Below are positions 9,876-20,281 of a stretch of 64,000 nucleotides of DNA, one piece after another (within the stretch, counting starts at the first letter, position 1; each line of letters begins with the position of its first letter). The translations under genes and the position numbers were made by a program. Origin of the DNA: an uncultured delta proteobacterium (lineage in GTDB: Bacteria > Desulfobacterota > Desulfobacteria > Desulfobacterales > SG8-13); the NCBI GenBank assembly GCA_963848135.1, contig CAWKCK010000017.1:496001-560000 (forward strand). Direction: 5' to 3'. The notes below the pieces were generated by a model. It ran no database searches and was not told the DNA's origin. It saw nothing but the letters and a program-made list of their open reading frames with translations.

Positions 9876-11270
9876 ATGGGTAAGTTTATGTATCAGCTGA
9901 CGTTAACCGGGTTTTACTTATTCCTGGATTGCGTCTGCATTTTTTTCTCCGTTTTGTTGGCTTACGCCACCTATCACTTCTTCAATCTGGGCAGGGAGGT
10001 CACCTATGAATTTTCGACGCTTATCCCTTTCAGCCTGGCCCTTGCCGTTGTCGGATGTGTGATCCTTCTTATTTTCGGGGCCTACCGCCGAGAATCCGGC
10101 ATTCTGAACGTACTGGAAGTCAAAAACGTCATTTTGGGAATCTTGACCTGTTTTGCCATAACCAACACCTTTTTCTTCGCCATTCGATTTGCGCCTTCGC
10201 GTTATGTAATGGTTTTGTCTTTTTTGTTCATGCTCTTTCTGGTCCCCCTATCAAGATCGTTTGCCTATAGCGTTTTGGTGAGTCGCCTGCCACGGGTTTT
10301 TCAACGGAGGATATTGATTTACGGCGCCGGGAAGCTTGGCCAGCGATTGTACCGTGAAATCCACAACTCACCACGCCTGTTGCTCAAGGTTTGCGGGTTT
10401 ATTGATGATGATCCGGATAAAAGGGACCGGTGCTTTTCCCCCTGTGGTTTTCGAACAGATTATGAGTGCCGGGTCCTGGGAAACCGGGATAATCTCCAAC
10501 ACTTGATTCAAGCCCATGGAATTGAAGAAATCTACGTCGCCGTTTCCAACATAGCCAGCGGCAAACTAAACCAACTGATTGAAATGTGCAAGGAGCTGAA
10601 CCTTGACGTTGCGTTTGTTCCATGCCTACACGAGATTTTTTCTTACCGCGTAAGGCTGGATATTCTGGGCAATTTCCCCCTCGTCCGTGAGCAAGGCATT
10701 TTAAACCCTTCCCACTATGACCAGGCTAAGCGCTTTATCGATCTGGGACTCTGTGCTCTCTTGGGTCTCCTGCTCCTTCCGGTCATGGCAATCATAGCCG
10801 TGGCCATCAAGCTGGATTCGCCAGGACCGGTTGTTTTCAAACAAAAACGGGTTGGAAAGAACGGGTTGTTTTTCACCCTTTACAAATTTCGAAGTATGTT
10901 TCAGGATTCCCCGAAATATGCCATTCACCCTAACAATCACGAAGATCCGCGCATTACCGGCGTAGGGCGCCTCCTACGCAGAACCAGCCTCGACGAACTG
11001 CCCCAGTTGGTTAACGTCTTCAAGGGCGAGATGTCAATGGTGGGACCGCGCCCAGAAATGCCGTTTATCGTAAATCAATATGATGAGGAACATAAAGAAC
11101 GTCTCAGAGTCCTGCCGGGCATTACAGGACTTTGGCAGCTCAGCGGCGACCGCAAAAAAAAGATCCATGAAAACATGGAATACGACCTGTATTATTTGTA
11201 TAATCGTTCTTTTTTTCTTGATGTGACAATCTTATTCCAGACCCTTGTTTTTGCGTTCAAGGGAATCTAG
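9876..11270 (+). CDS. Priming polyprenyl glycosylphosphotransferase (WcaJ/CpsE-like sugar transferase)
   Basis: N-terminal TMs, CoA-binding-like IYGAG, then [30 protein letters not shown]. Confidence 0.93.
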   Translation: MGKFMYQLTLTGFYLFLDCVCIFFSVLLAYATYHFFNLGREVTYEFSTLIPFSLALAVVGCVILLIFGAYRRESGILNVLEVKNVILGILTCFAITNTFFFAIRFAPSRYVMVLSFLFMLFLVPLSRSFAYSVLVSRLPRVFQRRILIYGAGKLGQRLYREIHNSPRLLLKVCGFIDDDPDKRDRCFSPCGFRTDYECRVLGNRDNLQHLIQAHGIEEIYVAVSNIASGKLNQLIEMCKELNLDVAFVPCLHEIFSYRVRLDILGNFPLVREQGILNPSHYDQAKRFIDLGLCALLGLLLLPVMAIIAVAIKLDSPGPVVFKQKRVGKNGLFFTLYKFRSMFQDSPKYAIHPNNHEDPRITGVGRLLRRTSLDELPQLVNVFKGEMSMVGPRPEMPFIVNQYDEEHKERLRVLPGITGLWQLSGDRKKKIHENMEYDLYYLYNRSFFLDVTILFQTLVFAFKGI

Positions 11271-11354
11271 TTCACTTTATAGTTCATCAATGTCCGCTTA
11301 AGAATCAAGGAAATACATTAGAGAGTCCCATCCTGAATTTAAATATGTCTATTC

Positions 11355-11386
11355 ATACCCCGGGCTTTGCCACGGGGTATTTTTTT
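11355..11386 (+). terminator. Intrinsic terminator-like hairpin after the EPS cluster
   Basis: ATACCCCG-ggctttgcca-CGGGGTAT followed by a T-run. Confidence 0.6.
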
Positions 11387-11473
11387 GTAATGATACAAAA
11401 AACAGGGAAATAATTTTTTCTGTATTGATTTTGACAATTTGCAAACCAATCTTGTAAGATAGCTGGCAAGGCG

Positions 11474-13690
11474 ATGGGATCGACCAGCTTTTTCCTTTTT
11501 TTAAAACCATCGAATAATTTCATAATGTACCTAAATCACTACAATTTAAAAATAAAGCCCTTTGAAATGAGCCCGGGGCCGAGCTTCCTTTGGCTGGGTG
11601 AAAAGCATTTGGAAGCCCTTGCGACCTTGAAATACGGAATTTCAGAGAACAAGGGATTTTTGCTGCTTACCGGAGACGTTGGCGTCGGAAAAACGGCCTT
11701 GATTCATCGCTTGATCAAGGAGCTCGACGGATCTAAGATTGTGGCCTACGTACCCAATCCGGGTATGGCATCTCTCGATTTTTTTAATATTTTATCCATT
11801 GAATTAGGTATAGATCAAAAATTCGCCAGCAAGGGCGCTTTTTTGATCGAATTTAAGAAGTTTCTCTATAAAAATCAGTCTGAAGGCAAGAAAGTTTTGC
11901 TTGTCATCGATGAGGCCCAACGTTTATATCACGAATTGTTGGAAGAGATCCGGTTGCTCTCTAACATTGAAATGGAAAACCAAAAACTGATCAATATTTT
12001 TTTTGTCGGTCAAAAAGAATTTAACCCTATCCTTTTAGAACCACGCAACAGACCCCTGCGCCAGCGCATAGCAGTCCGCTACCAGGTCGAACCTCTGAAC
12101 CAGCAAGAAACGTCCTATTATATCGTTCACCGACTAAAGGTGGCCGGAGCCACCCGTAAAATTTTCAAAATTAATGCGTTTCAAGAAATTTTCAGCTTTT
12201 CTAATGGTTGCCCTCGACTTATCAATATTATCTGCGACCATGCCTTGTTAACGGGATACGCCGCAGGACTAAGTACAATTGGTTCGAATTTGATCAAGGA
12301 GTGCATACCAGAACTTAACTTACCGGATGAATTCGATATTTCTCCGGTCAAACTTCCCCTGCCAGAACCTTCCAACCTTAGCAAGAGCAAACCTCCCCCA
12401 TCATTGGAAGCTGCCCAAATCGGGAATTTGCGAACACATTCTCATAGGTTTAATTTTCGTAGCCACCCCATCCTTATCGGGCTCTTGGGCATTCTGATTG
12501 GCTTCATGAGTTATTATCTATTGTGGCCAACAAACAAGAGATCGACACAACCAACTACGCTGCAAGAATTAACGGCACCGTTGGATAAAAAAACCGAAGC
12601 CATTCTGGGGAAACGGCCGAAGTCAAATGAGACAATCGACGAAGCAAAATCTCAAGAACCGAAGGAAATTGAACCGAGCATCACAGAAGCCGAGCTTACG
12701 CAGGAGACCCTTGACTTAGAAGAGCCGAAACCGGCACCGGAAATTCTTGCTGACACTCAAACAACCACAGCAGATCAAAGCGCACCCGTCCATAAATCTG
12801 AAAATAGCAATCCTCCGTCAGTTCATCTTGAAGAAGAAAGTGTTGAGAATTTGGAGGTTCAAACAAAAGACGCACCGTTGATCTCAACAAATGACTCCCC
12901 CAGCAGTAAACAGGATTCAGATAGCCAAGAAAATATTAGCGATAGAACTAAATCAGAAAAATTGGTTTCGGTTCTGCCTTCTGGACAAGAAATCTTAGCT
13001 GAAGAAAAATCTATAAATAAATCTGAGCCAACCCAATTACAGCAAGACTCAATATCCCCTCCGTTGAAGGAAATCAAAGTTGCGGATACCAAACCCAAAC
13101 AACCTGATAAACCTATCATCGAAAATGATAAGAAAGGCATATCTTCAGCAACTTCACCTCAAAACACGACTCCAGATATCAAGGGAACAAAGCCTGACCA
13201 GCTTACCCAAACTAATAACAAGGAACCTACTGAAAATATTACTTTGGCAAAGCGTGATCCATCCATAGATTCTAAACTAAAGATCGATAAACTGGAAAGT
13301 CGTGTTCGTTCGTTTTTAGAGCACTATTGCAATACATACGCTGCAAAAAAATTAGGCAATTTTGCCAGGTTGTTCGGTCCCGATGCAACAGAGAACGGCA
13401 AATCATTCTCAACCCTTTTGCCAAAATATAAGAACAATTTTAATGCAATTGAAAAAATAGAATACCGTATTGACCTACAGAAATATTCATACGAGGAAAA
13501 AGAAAAAGCTGTAAAAATTGAAGGGAAATTTCTTCTAAAATGGCGTCCATACGGTCAAAACTGGCGGGAAAACACAGGCAAGATCTTCATGAGCCTTTAT
13601 GAAAATGATAAATCCTTTTTGATTCAACGTCTCGATTATTATGGCGACCGCGCCAAAGATACCTCGGGTTCGGAATCGAGATCACCATGA
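11474..13690 (+). CDS. ExeA/GspA-like AAA ATPase with TM, low-complexity linker and C-terminal NTF2-like domain (likely start ATG 11525)
   Basis: MY..HY.L...PF N-terminus, Walker A GDVGVGKT, Walker B LLVIDEAQ, LRQRI, GCPRLINIICD; one TM (ILIGLLGILIGFMSYYLLW). Confidence 0.85.
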   Translation: MGSTSFFLFLKPSNNFIMYLNHYNLKIKPFEMSPGPSFLWLGEKHLEALATLKYGISENKGFLLLTGDVGVGKTALIHRLIKELDGSKIVAYVPNPGMASLDFFNILSIELGIDQKFASKGAFLIEFKKFLYKNQSEGKKVLLVIDEAQRLYHELLEEIRLLSNIEMENQKLINIFFVGQKEFNPILLEPRNRPLRQRIAVRYQVEPLNQQETSYYIVHRLKVAGATRKIFKINAFQEIFSFSNGCPRLINIICDHALLTGYAAGLSTIGSNLIKECIPELNLPDEFDISPVKLPLPEPSNLSKSKPPPSLEAAQIGNLRTHSHRFNFRSHPILIGLLGILIGFMSYYLLWPTNKRSTQPTTLQELTAPLDKKTEAILGKRPKSNETIDEAKSQEPKEIEPSITEAELTQETLDLEEPKPAPEILADTQTTTADQSAPVHKSENSNPPSVHLEEESVENLEVQTKDAPLISTNDSPSSKQDSDSQENISDRTKSEKLVSVLPSGQEILAEEKSINKSEPTQLQQDSISPPLKEIKVADTKPKQPDKPIIENDKKGISSATSPQNTTPDIKGTKPDQLTQTNNKEPTENITLAKRDPSIDSKLKIDKLESRVRSFLEHYCNTYAAKKLGNFARLFGPDATENGKSFSTLLPKYKNNFNAIEKIEYRIDLQKYSYEEKEKAVKIEGKFLLKWRPYGQNWRENTGKIFMSLYENDKSFLIQRLDYYGDRAKDTSGSESRSP

Positions 13691-13758
13691 AAATTGGCAC
13701 TATCGTAGCCTCCACTTCTGATAATGCCCTTTAAACTTCTTTTAGGGCATTTTAAATA

Positions 13759-13790
13759 GAACCTCATTCGATTTCGAATGGGGTTTTGTT
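13759..13790. terminator. Hairpin between convergent genes
   Basis: GAACCTCATTCG-attt-CGAATGGGGTTT followed by Ts; a second hairpin lies at 13723-13751. Confidence 0.5.
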
Positions 13791-13850
13791 CATTGGGACG
13801 ATCGAAATTGCATCGGTGTGGTAAATAAACAAGTTAATAGATTAGGGCCT

Positions 13851-15011
13851 TCACTTTAAATTTTCAAAAATACCTGCATACCCCGTTAGCTCGACGTACC
13901 CCATACCGCTTACCCGGACGCCATCCGCCTTTCCGTTTACAGACACGCTGCCCTCCCAATAAGTGACACCGGTGCTGCCCGGCGTGCGCATTTCCTGATC
14001 AGCCTGGTTCGGATTGATGGAAAGGGTTATCTTTTCCGCAGGAACGCTCAGTTGCCAGCGGGCCGGATACAGGCCACCGGAATGCGGGCTTCGCCAATGC
14101 GCCAAAACAGCCAAATGAAAGTCGGCAAGGGACAGGTGGCGCATTTTCCCATTTGCGCCCACAATCGTCCCGCTGGAAGCCGGATGTGGACTTCCGTCAC
14201 TCTGTCGCAGAATGTAAATCATCAACTCCTTGTTGCTGTCCAATTGCAGGCTGAGCCAGTCCCAGCCCTCTATTCCCTCCTGAAGGGGCGCCGTGCTGAA
14301 TTCATGATCCATCCAGCCCGTCCCCTTAACGGCGTACTCCTGCTCATTAATTTTAAGACGGCCATTGGATTTCAAGCGAGTAAAGGAATAGTAACAACTG
14401 GCCCGTTCTTCCGAATCGCCCTTGCGGCTGTAACCTTGATCTCCGTGGAGAACAACCGGTTTAGCCGGTTGCATATCAAGGTCCAATTGAAAATCGTCTG
14501 AAGACACCGACAGTTTATGCCCGTCCGGACCGATGCGTATTCGCCAACGTTTGAGGAAAATGGTCGTGGTATCGAGGGTTTGATTGACGCCCGCCAACTG
14601 GAGGGCGCCACGGGCGACATCTTCGGCACTGAAGTGTCGACCGCCGGAAATATCGCTCAAGGCGGCGTGCCCTAAATAAACCTGTTGGGTACGCCATCCG
14701 GATGGTGGATCGGGCCATGTCTTGCGGGCATCCGGCGGGCTGATCTGGCGCCGGAAGATGGTCAATTGAAATCCGAACGGCCGGCCCTCCTCTGTCTCGA
14801 GGTTGCCGGTGTAATACCACCATTCAGTGCGATAATCCGGGTGTGCGCCGTGATCGGCAGGAAATTTCAACCGGCACGGTCCGATCACCCGGGCATAGCC
14901 GTTATCTTCTTCGGAAAATACCACCGATGTGCCTATCAGGATCAGCCCGATCGCAATAACCCAAATAAGCAACAAATCTGCGGCCCGTATTACACTTCCG
15001 GTTTTTCGCAT
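13851..15011 (-). CDS. CrtC/AttH-like lipocalin-domain protein (secreted hydrolase family)
   Basis: FPADHGAHPDYRTEWWYYTG, YYSFTR, WMDHEFS, GWDWLSLQL, YWEG, GYVELTGY. Confidence 0.88.
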   Translation of the reverse strand: MRKTGSVIRAADLLLIWVIAIGLILIGTSVVFSEEDNGYARVIGPCRLKFPADHGAHPDYRTEWWYYTGNLETEEGRPFGFQLTIFRRQISPPDARKTWPDPPSGWRTQQVYLGHAALSDISGGRHFSAEDVARGALQLAGVNQTLDTTTIFLKRWRIRIGPDGHKLSVSSDDFQLDLDMQPAKPVVLHGDQGYSRKGDSEERASCYYSFTRLKSNGRLKINEQEYAVKGTGWMDHEFSTAPLQEGIEGWDWLSLQLDSNKELMIYILRQSDGSPHPASSGTIVGANGKMRHLSLADFHLAVLAHWRSPHSGGLYPARWQLSVPAEKITLSINPNQADQEMRTPGSTGVTYWEGSVSVNGKADGVRVSGMGYVELTGYAGIFENLK

Positions 15012-15088
15012 AAATGCACACTATAGCATCAGTTGCCGCATTCCAGAAACAAATAATTGATATCTGGAAAAGGCATGAGTTTTTCTGA

Positions 15089-17692
15089 TTATCGTTCTCT
15101 GAGAAGCGAGGCCGGCGGTTCCCTGAAAACCAGTTTGACGGCTGGAATGGCCGCCAGTAGCGCCGTGGCAATAATTAGCGGCAGAGACATCCCCAACGCC
15201 CTCCAGTTGATCTGATAAATAAAAGACCAGCCGAATGATTGGACATTTATCACGTATATCAGCAGATAGGAAAGAATGAAGCCGCAGATCAAACCGGCGG
15301 TTTCTCCTGCCACCACAAGCAGGGCGGCTTCCCAGAAAATCATCGCCCGAATCTGTCGGCGGTCGGCACCGATCGCAAAAAGCGTGTTCAACTGTCGGGA
15401 ACGTTCCAGCACTTGAACCGCCAACGTGGTGGTGATTCCCAGCGCGGCGATAAGAAGGGCAATAACAAGCAGCATGGTGGTCACGGCGAAGGTTTCGTCG
15501 AAGATACGCAATACGGTGCGACGCAGGACATTGCCGTCGACCATATCCACGTAATTTCCGCAGCGGTCTATGATCTCCGCCCGCAATTGCGAGATGGCCG
15601 TGGCCGTGTCGACCGTTTTGCGATTAAAGAATATACGGACGCCGCTCCAACCCGGATCAAAAAACCGCTCGCGAAAAGCCGGCAGGTGGTAGAAAACAAC
15701 GCCTCCGCTCGTACGATAGTCCCGAACGATGCCCAGTATCGGCAGTTCGACACGGGTATTCAATACCTGAGCGCGGTATAAATCTCCTTTATCCAAGCCG
15801 GTTCGGTTGGCAAACACCTCCGATACGATCACACCCTCCCCGGCAATCAGTTGGGGCAAAACCCGTTCAAGATCACCATCGACCCAGACGAAGCGGCCGT
15901 GACGCAAAAAAACGTCCAATGCCATGGCATCCAGTTCGTATTCAAATTTCTTCTCATGTGTCATAACAAAGCGGCGGCTCGGTACCAGGTCCACCGGCGC
16001 TGATAGCCCTTTCAAACCATCGATAACAGCCGGAGTCAACGGATCGCGGAATCGGTTAATCGAACCCAGTCTGGTGGTCACAAAAAGGTCCCCGCTAACG
16101 GTCTGCTGCACCCACATTTCAACTGTGCTGCGAAAACTGCTGATCATGATCACAAGTGCCGCAAACAGTGCCACTGCTGTGATGAGGGCCCCGGTTGATA
16201 TGGCGGTACGCGGTCCACTGTCGCGCACATAACGGCCAGCCAGGTCTGCGGATACCCCGCCAAAGCGACGCAGAACCGGTGAGAGAAGTTTACCCACACC
16301 CTGAAGCCCGTATGGGGATAAAAACGCAAAACCGATAAAGAGGCATATAATGGATACGTATCCGGCAATCGGTATGCCTCCGATAGCCGGCAGTCGGGAA
16401 ATCGGCCAGGCACCCAAAATTAAAATCACGGCAAAACCAGCCAGGCGCCGGGCAGCCAGGGGATCTGCGACCGGCTGCCGGGCGGTTGCGAGGGCTTCTT
16501 TCGGCGCCACTCTCATGGCTTCCCACGCCGGTTGAAGAGACGCTATGAGCGATATAAATAAAGTTACCCCTAATGATAGCAGGATTTCCCACGCATCCAG
16601 TTGCAGCGTTTCCACGTGAACCCTGACGAAAAGTGTGCTGACGGTGCGGCTGATATCGTTTAGGAGGTATTTGACCAGAATAGTACTGATCGGAAACGCG
16701 GCGATCCACCCTGTCAGTCCCAGAAAAAATCCCTCGAAGACAAAAAGAAAAAAGAGCAATTGCGGCGAGGCACCGGTGGCGCGAAGTACGGCCAACTCAT
16801 GCCGCCGGGTCGCTGCATTCAGCGCCACCAGGCTGTATACCAGGAACATGCCCACAAATAGAGAGGCGAAACTCAATATGGACAGGTTGAGATGGTAAGA
16901 CCGCATCATAGCCTGCCCGGTCTCCCTGGTCTCAGACGGTGCGGTTATTCGGACATCTTCCGGCAGGGTCGCAGCTAACCGTCGCTGAACGATCCCACGG
17001 GGCAGTTTTTCTGCATCGGATGCAAGCACCAGATCGATGCGATCCACAACACCATTCAGCCCGGCAAACTCCTGAAAACTGGCAATATCGGTTATAGCCA
17101 GGCGCCCGCCCTCGGCCAATGCCATCCCTTCGGGACTCAGAACCCCCACAACTTTGAACACAGCGCTTTGCCGCGAATGCTCCAGAGTGATTCGATCCCC
17201 CACCACCCAACCGTGCCTGCGGACCAGAACATCGCTGATAAAAATAGTGGCCGGTTCAGCTATCAGTGACAACCAATTCGCGTTGGCGACCTTCTCCGCC
17301 GAACGGACCTGCCAGGGTCTGAATTTACGGTCGAATAACGGATCGAGGCCAACCAAGAGGAATGGTTCCGCATTGTCTGCTTCTGGATTGACATAGGCCG
17401 TCATCAAGGCTGTGGCAGCGGCCACATCCGGATGAACGGTTAAACCGGAGATGAAGTATTCCGGGATCCTCCCAGCCGGCCAAGTCAGGACCAGGTCCGC
17501 GCGCCCGGCAATACGATCCATGCTTTGGGAAAAAGAATCGATGGTCGCCTTGATAGACAACCGGACACTGGAAAAAACAGCCGCCCCCAGCGCGATCCCC
17601 AGCAAAACGATCACCGTCCGTATGCGGTACCGCCGCATATTGCGCAGACTGAACCAGGTAAAGAGTTTTAAGAACAGAAAGATAGGCCTCAT
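15089..17692 (-). CDS. ABC transporter permease, duplicated MacB/FtsX type
   Basis: Two MacB-periplasmic + FtsX halves (RRHELAVLRATGA; RSRQLNTLFAIGA). Confidence 0.9.
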   Translation of the reverse strand: MRPIFLFLKLFTWFSLRNMRRYRIRTVIVLLGIALGAAVFSSVRLSIKATIDSFSQSMDRIAGRADLVLTWPAGRIPEYFISGLTVHPDVAAATALMTAYVNPEADNAEPFLLVGLDPLFDRKFRPWQVRSAEKVANANWLSLIAEPATIFISDVLVRRHGWVVGDRITLEHSRQSAVFKVVGVLSPEGMALAEGGRLAITDIASFQEFAGLNGVVDRIDLVLASDAEKLPRGIVQRRLAATLPEDVRITAPSETRETGQAMMRSYHLNLSILSFASLFVGMFLVYSLVALNAATRRHELAVLRATGASPQLLFFLFVFEGFFLGLTGWIAAFPISTILVKYLLNDISRTVSTLFVRVHVETLQLDAWEILLSLGVTLFISLIASLQPAWEAMRVAPKEALATARQPVADPLAARRLAGFAVILILGAWPISRLPAIGGIPIAGYVSIICLFIGFAFLSPYGLQGVGKLLSPVLRRFGGVSADLAGRYVRDSGPRTAISTGALITAVALFAALVIMISSFRSTVEMWVQQTVSGDLFVTTRLGSINRFRDPLTPAVIDGLKGLSAPVDLVPSRRFVMTHEKKFEYELDAMALDVFLRHGRFVWVDGDLERVLPQLIAGEGVIVSEVFANRTGLDKGDLYRAQVLNTRVELPILGIVRDYRTSGGVVFYHLPAFRERFFDPGWSGVRIFFNRKTVDTATAISQLRAEIIDRCGNYVDMVDGNVLRRTVLRIFDETFAVTTMLLVIALLIAALGITTTLAVQVLERSRQLNTLFAIGADRRQIRAMIFWEAALLVVAGETAGLICGFILSYLLIYVINVQSFGWSFIYQINWRALGMSLPLIIATALLAAIPAVKLVFREPPASLLRER

Positions 17693-18372
17693 AGCTGAGC
17701 GGTTATTCTGCCGTCTTTAAGGTAAATCTGGCGAGAGGCATATGGATCGGCGAGGCTACTGTGGGTGGCAACGATGATAGTTCGCTTCAATTTGTGGTTC
17801 AGTTCACCCAGAAGCGCCATGACGGCTTCGCCGTTTTGACTGTCCAAGTTCCCGGTCGGTTCATCGGCAAGGACAATCGCCGGATCGTTGATCAACGCCC
17901 TGGCGATTGCCGTGCGCTGCATTTCTCCTCCGGAAAGCTGGGCCGGCAGATGGGTCAAGCGGTGGTCGAGTCCCATCCAGTTCAAGTACTCCCGGGCTTT
18001 AGGTACGATTTCTCTTTTGGACTGCCCGGCCAGAAGTGCCGGCAGGCAGACATTTTCCAATACGTTTAGCGTCGGCAACAAATTAAACGACTGAAAAACC
18101 ATGCCGATCACCTGACGGCGGAACAGCGTCAGACCTCTTTCGGAAGTCTCCGCAAGATCATGCTCTGCGACAACCAATTCACCGGATGTGGGGTGATCGA
18201 GTCCAGCCAGGAGAGACAGCAGGGTGCTTTTGCCGGAGCCGCTGTTTCCCTTGAAAACCACCATTTCACCGAAGCCGATCTCAAGGTCGATGCGGCTGAG
18301 TCCGATGATCTCAGTGGTCCCGTGGGCATAGGTTCGGGTCAGTTTTTTAGCGCTGATAATTGTCTCTTTCAT
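17689..18372 (-). CDS. ABC transporter ATP-binding protein (LolD/MacB-like); start corrected to ATG 18372
   Basis: [26 protein letters not shown]; stop overlaps the permease start (ATGA). Confidence 0.92.
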   Translation of the reverse strand: MKETIISAKKLTRTYAHGTTEIIGLSRIDLEIGFGEMVVFKGNSGSGKSTLLSLLAGLDHPTSGELVVAEHDLAETSERGLTLFRRQVIGMVFQSFNLLPTLNVLENVCLPALLAGQSKREIVPKAREYLNWMGLDHRLTHLPAQLSGGEMQRTAIARALINDPAIVLADEPTGNLDSQNGEAVMALLGELNHKLKRTIIVATHSSLADPYASRQIYLKDGRITAQL

Positions 18373-18388
18373 CGCCTGTTCACGGAGA

Positions 18389-19897
18389 TTATTTCCTTTT
18401 TCTGATCCGGGAGTGCAACAAGTACCAGTCACTGATTTCAGCAATCGACAAAGACAGCTGGTAGCGCCCACCGGCAAAAACACCATAGTCGCCGCCACCG
18501 GCCATGGCGGATGAGAACCGGATGGCATTGGCATAAAAAAGCCATGTCTGGTGCCATTTTTTTTCAATCGCCTCGTCGAAGGGATTTTTACCCCGTTCAA
18601 GCCCTTCGGCCAGTCCACTCTTCCAAATAGTGCGCATGAGGGTCGTACCATTGAGAATTTCGGCATTGGTCGTCTTTATGGTGTGTTCGAATTTTTTCCA
18701 ATGCCCGTTCACCCATGCAGTGCTGTGACAGCTCAGACAAACCTTCTGCATCGTCGCCGTCCGATTCTGCATTTCCTTTTCATCGATCAGGTACTTTCGT
18801 GCAAACCCGCCCGCCAGATCGGTGGGTAGGGGTTGTCCGTCCTTGTTGCGAATAATCGTGGTGTCGGGTGACTGAGGATGGGGGTGGGCATATATCAATC
18901 CGTAGATTCGCCATGGCAGGCGATTGTTCATCTGGTGAGAACGCTCCGCGACGACCTCTCCCTCTGTGTCGACCAGAAGGCTGATATGGCAAGCTCCGCA
19001 GGTGGGGGCGGAAAAGTCTTGCCCCACGGTCCAAGGCACCGCCTGATAATCCCAGGTGCTGTCCATAGCTGCCTGTATGTTGCCATGTTTGCTGGCGGCA
19101 TAAACCGGAAAGGCAGGCACGTCCGGTCCCACATGACACTCCTTGCAAGTATACGGTTTACGGGCCATCTGGATCGAAAACTGATGACGGGTATGACAGG
19201 CCGAGCAGGCGCCACGGCTGCCGTCCAGGTTAATCCGCCCGACACCCTGGTTCGGCCAGCCACTGATGACGGGAAACGTCATTTCACCGGCTATTTCGGT
19301 ATCACGAACCTCTTTGCCGGTAACTTCGAGCCGGGTGCCGTGACAATAGTAACAGGCATCGGCTGCCGTTAACGGGTCGGCAGGCGAGTATTGCACATGT
19401 TTGTTCCGCAGCTTCGTAGCGCCGATGATACTAGTCTCGAGCTGCTGGTATACCGCGTTGTCCGCCAGGTTCGTATGGGCATTCGACATCAGGTTCTGGG
19501 TATACTGTTCGGCCTCAGACGTGTGACAAACGGCGCAGTCATCCGGGCTCACGACAACGTGGACCTGATACCCATTGTGGTCAAAAGTATCGGCATGGCG
19601 GTCTGGGCGAAGGGTGTGACATTCAGCGCAGCCTACCGTCGTTTTCAGAACGGTCTCCGGAACGGCCGTACTTGATACCTTGCGGGCCAACCCTTTGACT
19701 GCCATGGCTTGCTCCGGGGTCACCGCTGAATGGCGACTGGCGCGCCAGTCATGTGCGATCCCGGGATGCGCCGACTCGTGGCAAGCCAGACACTCTGCGG
19801 TGGCATCGCTTATCGGGGCCTCAATGCAGATACCCTGGTTAACGGTAGAACCGAAAACGACAATGACGATGAATCCGAAAACCACAGCTTTTTTCAT
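18389..19897 (-). CDS. Octaheme cytochrome c, hydroxylamine oxidoreductase (HAO) family
   Basis: Signal peptide plus 8 CxxCH (CLACH, CAECH, CAVCH, CYYCH, CSACH, CKECH, CGACH, CLSCH); HAO-like GRINLDGSRGACSACHTRHQFS and CHVGPD, SKHG. Confidence 0.88.
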   Translation of the reverse strand: MKKAVVFGFIVIVVFGSTVNQGICIEAPISDATAECLACHESAHPGIAHDWRASRHSAVTPEQAMAVKGLARKVSSTAVPETVLKTTVGCAECHTLRPDRHADTFDHNGYQVHVVVSPDDCAVCHTSEAEQYTQNLMSNAHTNLADNAVYQQLETSIIGATKLRNKHVQYSPADPLTAADACYYCHGTRLEVTGKEVRDTEIAGEMTFPVISGWPNQGVGRINLDGSRGACSACHTRHQFSIQMARKPYTCKECHVGPDVPAFPVYAASKHGNIQAAMDSTWDYQAVPWTVGQDFSAPTCGACHISLLVDTEGEVVAERSHQMNNRLPWRIYGLIYAHPHPQSPDTTIIRNKDGQPLPTDLAGGFARKYLIDEKEMQNRTATMQKVCLSCHSTAWVNGHWKKFEHTIKTTNAEILNGTTLMRTIWKSGLAEGLERGKNPFDEAIEKKWHQTWLFYANAIRFSSAMAGGGDYGVFAGGRYQLSLSIAEISDWYLLHSRIRKRK

Positions 19898-20084
19898 TTG
19901 CGACTCCTTGTCTTTCGCGTTTCCATCCGACGAAGCCGACCGATCTTTTCAGGGGGCCGATCTCTGGATTGGATAACATTTTGAAACGTTGCCAAAAATT
20001 TTGCAGATCCGATCACCCAGTATTCCCCTATGGTTATTAATGAATATAAGCGGTTGCATCAACCCCAAAAATAGGCCGTTCGGT

Positions 20085-20112
20085 TTATACCGCTTTTCAA
20101 TAATAAAATCCG
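20085..20112 (-). promoter_or_regulatory. 28-bp motif upstream of the octaheme operon (second copy at 30910-30937)
   Basis: Minus strand CGGATTTTATTATTGAAAAGCGGTATAA; 26/28 identical to the copy upstream of the SDR gene. Confidence 0.45.
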
Positions 20113-20281
20113 CAACACGGAAGGGTAATAAAAGTGATTGTAAAAAAACGATCGAACAACGGAACGTTTTTTGACCGCCACTGTATACCTCCATCGCCTG
20201 TTGAAAGACGCCATGAACAAAGGCTAAATCGAATTGCCGAAATACGGATGGATTTATGCAAAACAAAATAGAAACGATTTC

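Noticed and set aside
9600..9883. Possible 3' gene remnant (…LAVVIALSNFPLF…GWADHG*) overlapping the sugar transferase start
   Set aside because: Has an internal stop and no recognisable motif; cannot be supported without BLASTX.
18373..18666. N-terminal extension of the ABC ATPase in the ORF track
   Set aside because: Overlaps the octaheme gene; the ATPase fold starts at [10 protein letters not shown] (18372).
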